Of a DNA stretch of 26,444 bases, positions 1 through 7,207 are shown piece by piece. A model generated the notes under the pieces. It saw nothing but the letters and a program-made list of their open reading frames with translations, was not told the origin of the DNA and ran no database searches. The stretch is from the NCBI GenBank assembly GCA_041496385.1, contig JBGQEL010000055.1:1-26444 (forward strand), written 5' to 3'. The position numbers and the translations under genes were made by a program. Within the stretch, counting starts at the first letter, position 1, and every line of letters begins with the position of its first letter. This stretch comes from Candidatus Methylomirabilia bacterium. GTDB taxonomy: Bacteria > Methylomirabilota > Methylomirabilia > Rokubacteriales > CSP1-6.

Positions 1-176
1 GCCCCGGCTCCGTCACCCACTCGCCCGATTGCAGCTCTTCGAGCTGCGGACGGGACTCGGGGGTCCCACTTCGCCGGCCGCGCGGGCACAGCCCGCGGCG
101 CCACCCGTCCGACCCTCGATATCCTCGCTCATGAATAATCCAGGCCAGGCGTCGAGCGTGAGCGACGCGGGAGGGC

Positions 177-297
177 AGCGCCGCCGGATCGCGAGCATCG
201 CGAGGCCCGAGCGAGGCGCTGTGCCGAGCGTACGCGGTTGTACGTGAGGCGCAGCGCCGACCGAGAACGACGCGAGGCGACGCGAGCCGGCGGCGCT
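177..297. repeat. Long imperfect palindromic (REP/MITE-like) element abutting the thermonuclease stop codon
   Basis: Perfect 11-bp terminal inverted repeats AGCGCCGCCGG (177-187) / CCGGCGGCGCT (287-297), extendable to 17 bp with one mismatch. Inner stems GGCGCTGTGCC (215-225) / GGCGCAGCGCC (248-258) and CGTAC-gcggtt-GTACG (229-244). Confidence 0.6.
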
Positions 298-778
298 AGG
301 GGCGCGCCGAGAAGGCCCAGAGGCCGCGGCCGGCGTCGCGCGCCTCGCGCTGGAGCGCGAGGAAGAGCTTCTGGTGCCTGACGTTCGGGGGAACCGTCAT
401 CACCTGCGCGTAGCCGAGCCGCACCAGCTCGGCGTTCACCATGACCTCGCCGATCCAGACGTAGGCGAGGAGCCGCCGGTAGCGGTCGCGCTCCTGGACG
501 TCGAGCTCGAGCTTGACCGCCCTGCCCTCGACGATCCGGCGGTTGACCTCGGATGCCTCACGGCCGCCGGGCTCCTCGCCCTTGGTCGGATGATGAACCT
601 CGGGAGTGTTCACGCCGATGTAGCGAACCTTCTCGACGCGATCGCCGATCCGGACGTGAATCGTGTCGCCGTCCACGATGCGGACGACGGTGCCCTCGAT
701 GGCGGCGGGCGCCGCCCAGGCCGGAAGCAGGGCCAGCAGAGGGAGCAGCGCGAGCAGGACCGCGCGCGAGAGCGCCAC
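296..778 (-). CDS. Secreted thermonuclease (staphylococcal nuclease/SNase family)
   Basis: Signal peptide followed by VVRIVDGDTI, VRYIGVNTPE, ERDRYRRLLAYVW, VNAELVRLGYA and AQREARDAGRGLW, the characteristic SNase motifs. Confidence 0.95.
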   Translation of the reverse strand: MALSRAVLLALLPLLALLPAWAAPAAIEGTVVRIVDGDTIHVRIGDRVEKVRYIGVNTPEVHHPTKGEEPGGREASEVNRRIVEGRAVKLELDVQERDRYRRLLAYVWIGEVMVNAELVRLGYAQVMTVPPNVRHQKLFLALQREARDAGRGLWAFSARP

Positions 779-784
779 GGGCTC

Positions 785-814
785 ACGGTGTCACGCCCGC
801 GCTTGGACTGTCAA
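785..814 (-). promoter_or_regulatory. Putative sigma70 promoter for the thermonuclease (likely leaderless)
   Basis: Perfect TTGACA (809-814), 18-nt spacer, TGa-CACCGT (785-790), then 6 nt to the GTG at 778. No SD sequence. Confidence 0.45.
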
Positions 815-877
815 CCTTTGGAGACGTCTCCCACGAGCGACACCGCGCGGCGAATGCCGACGCGGTGGCCGGGGTGG

Positions 878-1135
878 CTAGCCCGTCCGGAGCATGGCGT
901 AGCCGAGCGACCGGAGCTGGGCGTCGATCGTGGGGCGGCTGCGGCGATCGGTCCGGCGACGGTCGTCCGTCGCGGCCACCCTCGGCACGGTCCTGCGCTC
1001 GCGGCCGGAGCGCCGGTCACGACCCTGGCGCCGGTCGAGAATGACCTGGACCGTCTCCTCGGCAGAGAACTCGCGCCGCAAATAGGTGCAGAGATCGGGC
1101 TGATCGCGCGCGACGATGAAGAGGTGATTGTCCAT
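878..1135 (-). CDS. Small hypothetical protein with tandem DRR/ERR (RxxxR-like) motifs
   Basis: 85-aa ORF: LFIVARDQPDL..YLRREF..VQVILDRR then DRR/ERR/DDRR/DRR repeats and a hydrophobic end (LRSLGYAML). Fills the space between co-oriented genes. Confidence 0.7.
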   Translation of the reverse strand: MDNHLFIVARDQPDLCTYLRREFSAEETVQVILDRRQGRDRRSGRERRTVPRVAATDDRRRTDRRSRPTIDAQLRSLGYAMLRTG

Positions 1136-1177
1136 GCCCGGTTCGACGCGAGTTATTTCACGAATGGACGGTGCGAG

Positions 1178-1678
1178 TCAAGGGCGACGGAGGCGCCTGA
1201 GCGCGCGCTGGGCCGCGCGCGCCTTCTTGGAGAGCCGCCGGGGGTTCCCGCGCTTCTCCCGCGGCGCCTCCTCGTCGGCGTCCGGCGCGGACTCGGGTGC
1301 CTCGCCCGTGGACAGTTCCCCGATGAACTGTTCGGCCGTAAGCACGGGGCAGCCGGCGCGCCGGGCGGCATCCTGGATCCTTCGGTCGGAGGTGACGACG
1401 ATCGCCCCGGCGCCGTGCTGGCGCGCCAGCCGCATCAGCTCGTCGTCGGCCGTCCGCGGGGGGCGCGAGAAGAGCGCCTGGACTCGGCCGCCGGTCGGCT
1501 GACCGCCCGCCACGCTGGCACCGTCGAAGACGACGGTGAAGTCGTCCGTCCCGGCCCGGGCGCGCGCCGCCACCAGGCCGAGCAGCGCCGAGCGGCCCGC
1601 CTCCAGGCTCTCCGCCTCGCGGTCGCGCAGGTCGGGATCGCGGCGGATCACGTTGTAGCCGTCGATCAGCCAGCGCAT
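1178..1678 (-). CDS. NYN domain (YacP/Rae1-like, PIN fold) ribonuclease
   Basis: True start is the ATG at 1678 (TGATG overlap with the upstream stop). Motifs WLIDGYNV, VVFDG, TADDEL and VVTSDRRI. Confidence 0.9.
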   Translation of the reverse strand: MRWLIDGYNVIRRDPDLRDREAESLEAGRSALLGLVAARARAGTDDFTVVFDGASVAGGQPTGGRVQALFSRPPRTADDELMRLARQHGAGAIVVTSDRRIQDAARRAGCPVLTAEQFIGELSTGEAPESAPDADEEAPREKRGNPRRLSKKARAAQRALRRLRRP

Positions 1679-2154
1679 CAGCGGGCCCGCACGCGCGCCA
1701 GGGCGCCTTCGAAATAGGCATCCAGCGCGGCCTCGGTCGGCAGCTCGGGCGTGGTGTCCGGCACGCCGGTGAAGTAGATCGTCAGCGCCGGCCCGCGAGC
1801 ACGCAACGCCTCGAGACTCTCCGCCAGGTGGATCTCGGTCCGGGGATAGTCGGCGAACCGCGCGCGTGGGAGGCGAAGCTCCTGCCGCTCGGCGAGGCGG
1901 GTGGGCGGCAGGACCGTGGCCCGCCGGCCGGTGAAGGGATCGACGCCGTCGACGGCGATCGCGCCATGCGCGCCGTCGGCGCGGGCCACGCGCAGGACGA
2001 CCCGGGTGGACGCCTCGTCCGACCCGCGGAGCACGCCCCAGAGCACGACGACGCCGCGCGAGACGAAGGTGGAGTCGCCGCCGTGGAGCAGCTCGGCGCC
2101 CGATGCCGGCGCCGCGGCCAGCAGCAGGAGCAGAAGCCCGGCGGGCCGTCTCAC
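1678..2154 (-). CDS. Secreted hypothetical protein, translationally coupled to the ABC importer
   Basis: Signal peptide [24 protein letters not shown] overlap with the ATPase stop. Globular-looking sequence (GVDPFTG, IYFTGVPDTTPE). Confidence 0.75.
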   Translation of the reverse strand: MRRPAGLLLLLLAAAPASGAELLHGGDSTFVSRGVVVLWGVLRGSDEASTRVVLRVARADGAHGAIAVDGVDPFTGRRATVLPPTRLAERQELRLPRARFADYPRTEIHLAESLEALRARGPALTIYFTGVPDTTPELPTEAALDAYFEGALARVRAR

Positions 2155-3239
2155 GGCGCCGGCTCGTCGCCGAGGACACGGACACCCTCGGTGGGCAGGC
2201 GCACGTCGACGCGATCGCCGGGCGCAAAGGTGCCGCGGCGGATCGGATCGTAGGCGGCGACGAGCAGCCGCTCGCCTTGCCAGCTGATCACGTAGTCCAC
2301 CTTCTCGCCGAGGAAGACGCGCGACTCGATCACCGCCGAGTCGTGGTCGCTCGCGGCGGGGCGCAGCTCGACGGTCTCGGGCCGGATGAGCACGGCGACC
2401 TCGGCGCCGTCGGCGGGTGCCTCGTCGGCGCCCGCGAGGAGGCGCCGGCCGCAGACAAGGACGACCAGCGCCCCGCCCTCCCGGCCGAGGACGCGGCCGC
2501 GCACCACGTTCGTCCGGCCGATGAAACGCGCGACGAACGTCGTCGCCGGACGCGCGTAGATGTCCTCGGCGGTTCCGAGCTGGACGATCCGGCCGCCCTG
2601 CATGACGGCGATCCGATCGGAGATCGCCATCGCCTCGTCCTGGTCGTGCGTCACGTAGACGGCGGTGATCGAGAGCCGCTCCTGGAGCGCGCGGATCTCG
2701 CTCCGCATGTGGACCCGGAGCTTGGCGTCGAGGTTCGAGAGCGGCTCGTCGAAGAGCAGCACCTGGGGCCGGATGACGACGGCGCGCGCCAGGGCGACGC
2801 GCTGCTGCTCGCCGCCCGAGAGCTGGTGCGGGAACTGGCGCGCGTGGCCCGCGAGCCCGACGAGCTCCAGCACCTCGTCCACCGCGCGGCGCAGCTCCGC
2901 CTCGGCCTGCTTGCGGATGCGCAGCCCGTAGGCGACGTTCTCGAACACGGTGAGGTGCGGGAACAGCGCGTAGCTCTGGAACACGAAGCCGATGTCGCGC
3001 CGGTTCGCCATGAGGGTGGTGACGTCGCGGCCGCCGAGGAAGACACGCCCGCGCGTCGGCTGCTCGAAGCCCGCGATCATGCGGAGCGTGGTCGTCTTGC
3101 CGCAGCCCGAGGGGCCGAGCAGCGTGAGGAACTGGCCGGGCGGCACGTCGAGCGTCACGTCGCGCACCGCCCAGCCCTCCCCGCGCGTGGGGTGCGTGAA
3201 CCGCTTGCCGATCGCCTCGAGCCGGATCCCGACCGCCAC
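2151..3239 (-). CDS. ABC importer ATP-binding protein (AfuC/FbpC/PotA class, C-terminal TOBE domain)
   Basis: Walker [11 protein letters not shown]-loop [10 protein letters not shown], signature LSGGEQQR, Walker B LLFDEP and YVTHDQ. Confidence 0.95.
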   Translation of the reverse strand: MAVGIRLEAIGKRFTHPTRGEGWAVRDVTLDVPPGQFLTLLGPSGCGKTTTLRMIAGFEQPTRGRVFLGGRDVTTLMANRRDIGFVFQSYALFPHLTVFENVAYGLRIRKQAEAELRRAVDEVLELVGLAGHARQFPHQLSGGEQQRVALARAVVIRPQVLLFDEPLSNLDAKLRVHMRSEIRALQERLSITAVYVTHDQDEAMAISDRIAVMQGGRIVQLGTAEDIYARPATTFVARFIGRTNVVRGRVLGREGGALVVLVCGRRLLAGADEAPADGAEVAVLIRPETVELRPAASDHDSAVIESRVFLGEKVDYVISWQGERLLVAAYDPIRRGTFAPGDRVDVRLPTEGVRVLGDEPAP

Positions 3240-3240
3240 G

Positions 3241-4923
3241 CTAGCCTCCGAGCACGCCCGACATCTCGCCGGGCGCGGCGTGGCGCAGCCGCCGCAGGGC
3301 GAGCCGGATCAGGGCGAGCGCCACGAAGACGAGCGCCACGACGAGCACGGAGAAGGCCGCCGCGGCGCCCAGCGCCAGCTCGGTCATGTTCTCGAGGATC
3401 CGGACGGTGATCAGCGTCCAGTCGATCGAGACCAGGAAGATCGTCGCGCTGATCGCCGTCATCGAGCGGATGAACATCACGGCGAGGCCCGCGAAGAAGG
3501 CCGGGAGCACGAGCGGGAGCGTGACGCGCCGGAAGGTCGTGCCGCTGCCCGCGCCGAGGCCCAGCGAGGCCTCCTCGATGGCGGGGTCGAGTTGCTGGAG
3601 GATGGCCACGGTGGCGCGGATGCCGGTCGGGCTGTACCGGAAGACGTAGCACGCGATGATGATCGAGGCGCCGCCCGTCAGCGCGAGCGGTGGGTCGTTG
3701 AAGGCCAGCAGGTACGCGATCCCGACGATCGTGCCGGGCAGCGCGTAGTTCAGCATGGTCACGACCTCCATCGTCCGCCGGCCGGCGAAGCGCTTGCGCG
3801 CCAGCAGGTAGCCGACGACGACGCCGTACAGGCCGCCGAGCGGCGTGCCGATCGCGGCGATGATCAGCGTGTCGCGGATCGCCTTCCCGCCCGAGGTGAA
3901 GATCGTGCGGTAGTGCGCCAGCGTGAAGGTCTCGTCGGCGCCGAAGGCGCGGACGAGCGAGGCGTAGCCGAGCAGCGCGTAGAAGTAGAGGACCATCGCG
4001 GCGACCGCGAGACAGCCCGCGAGCAGCGGCCAGCGCGCCCAGGGCGCCAGGCTCTTCACCGTGGTCTGCGCCCCCGCCTTGCCCGTGAGCGTCACGTAGT
4101 GGCGGCGGCTCACCCAGAAGCGCTGGAGCAGGTAGACGCCGAAGGCCGGGACGAGGAGCGCGAAGGAGAGCACCGCGCCGCCCTTGAAGTCGAAGAGCCC
4201 GGTGATCTGCAGATAGGCCTGCGTGGGGAGCACCGGGAAGCTGTTACCGGCCAGGATGAGCGGCGTCGCGAAGTCGGCGAGCGAGGCGGCGAAGAGGAGC
4301 AGGAACGCGTTGGCGAGGCCCGGCACCGCGAGCGGCAGCGTGACGCGCCGGAAGACCTGCCAGCGCGAGCTGCCGAGCGAGAGCGCCATGTCCTCCAGGT
4401 TCGGGTCGATGCCGGCGAGCACCGCGCGGAGCGTGAGATAGGCGATCGGGAAGTAGGTGAGCGTCTCGGCCAGCAGCGTCGTCGGGAGCCCGTACGCGCT
4501 GCCGCCCGAGAAGCCGAGGAGGTGGTAGGTGATGAGGCCACGCGGGCCGAACGAGAAGATCATCGCGATCGCCGTCGTGAACGGCGGCGAGATCAGCGGC
4601 AGGACGGTCGCGGCGTCGAGCGCCAGGCGCCAGGCGCGCCCGAGGCCCGCGCGCGTCGCGGCGAACGCGAAGAGGAGCCCGAGCGCCGTGCCGCCGAGCC
4701 CGACCAGCGTCCCCAGGAGCAGGCTGTTCCAGAACGCCTGGCGCTGGGCCGGATCGCGCAGGAGCGCCCAGACGTTCGCGAGCGTCGGCCCGCCCGCCTC
4801 GCCCGTGAACGCGCGCACCAGGAGCGCGGCGAGCGGGTAGACGACGAAGAGCGCCAGCAGGGCCCAGAGACACGCGACGGTCCCGACGAGGAGCGGGTCG
4901 CGCCGCAGGCCGCCGGCGCTCAG
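3241..4923 (-). CDS. ABC importer permease, fused double BPD_transp_1 domain (AfuB/FbpB class)
   Basis: Many TM helices and two EAA loops (LEDMALSLGSS, IEEASLGLGAG). Start uncertain: placed at a CTG overlapping the upstream TGA. The ORF-track extension to 5580 overlaps the binding-protein gene. Confidence 0.9.
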   Translation of the reverse strand: MSAGGLRRDPLLVGTVACLWALLALFVVYPLAALLVRAFTGEAGGPTLANVWALLRDPAQRQAFWNSLLLGTLVGLGGTALGLLFAFAATRAGLGRAWRLALDAATVLPLISPPFTTAIAMIFSFGPRGLITYHLLGFSGGSAYGLPTTLLAETLTYFPIAYLTLRAVLAGIDPNLEDMALSLGSSRWQVFRRVTLPLAVPGLANAFLLLFAASLADFATPLILAGNSFPVLPTQAYLQITGLFDFKGGAVLSFALLVPAFGVYLLQRFWVSRRHYVTLTGKAGAQTTVKSLAPWARWPLLAGCLAVAAMVLYFYALLGYASLVRAFGADETFTLAHYRTIFTSGGKAIRDTLIIAAIGTPLGGLYGVVVGYLLARKRFAGRRTMEVVTMLNYALPGTIVGIAYLLAFNDPPLALTGGASIIIACYVFRYSPTGIRATVAILQQLDPAIEEASLGLGAGSGTTFRRVTLPLVLPAFFAGLAVMFIRSMTAISATIFLVSIDWTLITVRILENMTELALGAAAAFSVLVVALVFVALALIRLALRRLRHAAPGEMSGVLGG

Positions 4924-5924
4924 GGGTTCGCGATCTCCTTCACCCAGCGCTCGACGATGCGCTTGCGGTTGGCCCCCGCGAAGCCGTCGTCGATCGGGAA
5001 GATCCGGGCGCCCTTCAGGACCTCCGCGAGCCCCGGATCGATCGGCACCTCCGGATGCGCCGGGACGAAGTTGATCTTGTGCTTCGCGTAGAGCGTCTGC
5101 ATCGCGGGCGAGGCCGCCCAGTCGATCAGCTTCTTCGCGAGCGCCGCGTTCTTCGCGCCGCGGATGAGCGCGACCGCCTCCGCGGAGGTGCCGATCCCCT
5201 CCTTCGGGAAGGAGATCGCGACGTCGTAGCCCTCCTGCCGCGTCTTGAGCGCGTCCACGATGAAGAAGATGCCGGCGCCGGCCTGGCCGAGCCCCACCGG
5301 GATGGTGCCGCCGCCGCCCGACTTGGTGTAGACCTGCACGTTGGGCCGGAGCTTCTTCATGTAGGCGAAGGCCTTGTCCTCGTCGCGGCCGTTGACCTCG
5401 AGGATCGAGAAGATGCGCGTGACCGCGGTCCCCGACGTCCGCGCGTCGGCCATCTGGAGCTGGCCCTTGTAGGCCGGGTGGAGCAGATCCTCCCAGGAGG
5501 CGGGCGGCCGGAGCCCCTTGTCCTTGAGGAACTTGTTGTTCGACATGAACACGAGCGGGTCGTCGGCGATCGCCACCCACTGGCCCTCCGGATGCTTGAA
5601 GCGCGCGGGCAGCGCGGCGAAGGCGGGCGGCTTGTAGGGCTCGAAGATGCCTTCCTTGATGCCGGCCGCGTGCGTCTCGACGGGACCGCCGAAGAGCACG
5701 TCCACGCGCGGGTTCCCCTTCTCCGCGATGACGCGCGCGAGCGCCTCGCCCGAGGAGAAGCGGACGAAGTTCACGTGGATCCCCGTCGCCTTCTCGAACT
5801 CCTCGAACACGGGCTTGGCCCAGTTCTCGGGCCAGATCGAGTAGGCGTTGACCGTGTCGGCGGCGCGGGCGGGAACCGCGACGAGTACCAGCAGCGAGGC
5901 GAGCACGACCGTGAGCCGCTGCAT
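4920..5924 (-). CDS. ABC substrate-binding protein (AfuA-like, SBP_bac_6/8)
   Basis: Signal peptide ending ARA, motifs RFSSGEALAR, DVLFGGP, MADARTSGTA and FPKEG. SD GGGAGG at 5930-5935. Confidence 0.9.
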   Translation of the reverse strand: MQRLTVVLASLLVLVAVPARAADTVNAYSIWPENWAKPVFEEFEKATGIHVNFVRFSSGEALARVIAEKGNPRVDVLFGGPVETHAAGIKEGIFEPYKPPAFAALPARFKHPEGQWVAIADDPLVFMSNNKFLKDKGLRPPASWEDLLHPAYKGQLQMADARTSGTAVTRIFSILEVNGRDEDKAFAYMKKLRPNVQVYTKSGGGGTIPVGLGQAGAGIFFIVDALKTRQEGYDVAISFPKEGIGTSAEAVALIRGAKNAALAKKLIDWAASPAMQTLYAKHKINFVPAHPEVPIDPGLAEVLKGARIFPIDDGFAGANRKRIVERWVKEIANP

Positions 5925-5957
5925 GGGGACCTCCCTCTCGGGTGTGGTGGTGGCGGG

Positions 5958-5963
5958 ATTATA
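5958..5963 (-). promoter_or_regulatory. -10 element (TATAAT) of the ABC importer operon
   Basis: Perfect TATAAT on the minus strand in GC-rich intergenic DNA, upstream of the SD and ATG 5924. A divergent TATCCT (5982-5987) lies on the plus strand. Confidence 0.6.
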
Positions 5964-6007
5964 CCCGCCGCCGCGGTAGTCTATCCTGCCGCCATCGGAA
6001 GCCGACC

Positions 6008-7204
6008 ATGGACGATCCCTCGCTGAGCCTCGTCGGGGGCGAGCCCCTGACGCCGGAGCGGGCCCGGCGCCTGCCGGCGCACGCGCTGGTGCGCCTGATG
6101 GTCGACCGGCCGGCGATCCGGCCCGTCGACATCGGTGACGTCGTGGAGGTCGTCCCCGGCGCCGCCGCGCGCACCGGGGACGTCGTCGTGTGCGTTCGGG
6201 ACGGCGGCTGCGAGCTGGCGCGAGTCGTGGGCGGCACGGCCCCGCGCGTCAGGGTCGAGGTGGGCCCCGGTGGCGGGCGCGTCGACCTCGCCGCCGACGC
6301 CATCCTCGGCGTCGCGACCGCGCTCGAGCAGGGCGATCTCCTCCTCGACCTCTCGCGCGGCCGCTGGCGTGCGGCGGGCCGGCTGGCCGCGTCCCTGCCC
6401 GGCCGGTGCGGCGCCCTGCTGGTGGTCCTGGCCCGGCTCGAGCGGCTGCGCCGCCCGTTCTTCCCTCCGCTCTTTTTTGAAGGCGAGGCGCGCGTCCTGG
6501 CTCAGGACGCCTCCGCCTGGGGCGCCGAGGCCGAGGTGATCGCGCGCGAGACGGCCCTCATGCCCGAGGAGGAGGCGCTGCTCGCGCACCACCTGGCGCC
6601 CGGCCGGCGGCTCCTGGACGTGGGCTGCGGCGCGGGCCGCGAGGCCATCGGGTTCGCGAGGGCGGGGCTCGAGGTCGTCGGGATCGACGTGGCGCCCGTG
6701 ATGGTCGCGCGGGCGCGCGAGCGGGCGCGCGCCGCGGGGCTCGCGATCGAGTTCGCGGTCGGCGAGCCCCTCACCTGGACGGCGTCCGGCGCGCCGTTCG
6801 ACGCGATCTACTTCAGCCCGGGGATCTACTCGCACATTCCGGGGCGCGCGCGGCGCCTGCGCACACTCGCGCGACTGCAGGAGCTCCTGGCGCCCGGGGG
6901 GCTCATCGTGCTGGGACCGATCCTGGCCCCTCCGCTGCCGTGGCTGTCGCGCACCCGTCTCGTGGACGCGCTCCGAGCGATCGGGCGCCGTTGCGGGCTC
7001 GGGCGCTTGGCCGAGCCGGGCGATCACTACTATCGCGGTCACGCGCTCGAGCGGGCGCCGGTCTCGTACCGCTACGTCCATCGCTTCCGGACCCACACCG
7101 AGGCCGAGGCGGAGCTGGCCGACGCCGGTCTCGTCGTGACCGAACGGCTCGACGAGACCTGCTGGATCGCGCGCCCGCGCGGCGGACGGCGCGCGGGGCG
7201 CTGA
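6008..7204 (+). CDS. Class I SAM-dependent methyltransferase with an N-terminal degenerate S24/S26 peptidase-like domain
   Basis: ATG at 6008. Motif I LLDVGCGAG, VVGIDVA, FDAI and LLAPGG. The N-terminal ~120 aa align by eye with the S26 protein at 13553-14002. Confidence 0.85.
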   Translation: MDDPSLSLVGGEPLTPERARRLPAHALVRLMVDRPAIRPVDIGDVVEVVPGAAARTGDVVVCVRDGGCELARVVGGTAPRVRVEVGPGGGRVDLAADAILGVATALEQGDLLLDLSRGRWRAAGRLAASLPGRCGALLVVLARLERLRRPFFPPLFFEGEARVLAQDASAWGAEAEVIARETALMPEEEALLAHHLAPGRRLLDVGCGAGREAIGFARAGLEVVGIDVAPVMVARARERARAAGLAIEFAVGEPLTWTASGAPFDAIYFSPGIYSHIPGRARRLRTLARLQELLAPGGLIVLGPILAPPLPWLSRTRLVDALRAIGRRCGLGRLAEPGDHYYRGHALERAPVSYRYVHRFRTHTEAEAELADAGLVVTERLDETCWIARPRGGRRAGR

Positions 7205-7207
7205 GGC

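Noticed and set aside
296..1678. Anti-phage or toxin-antitoxin module (SNase plus NYN)
   Set aside because: The SNase is secreted, the NYN protein is the widespread YacP type, and there is no antitoxin or defence context.
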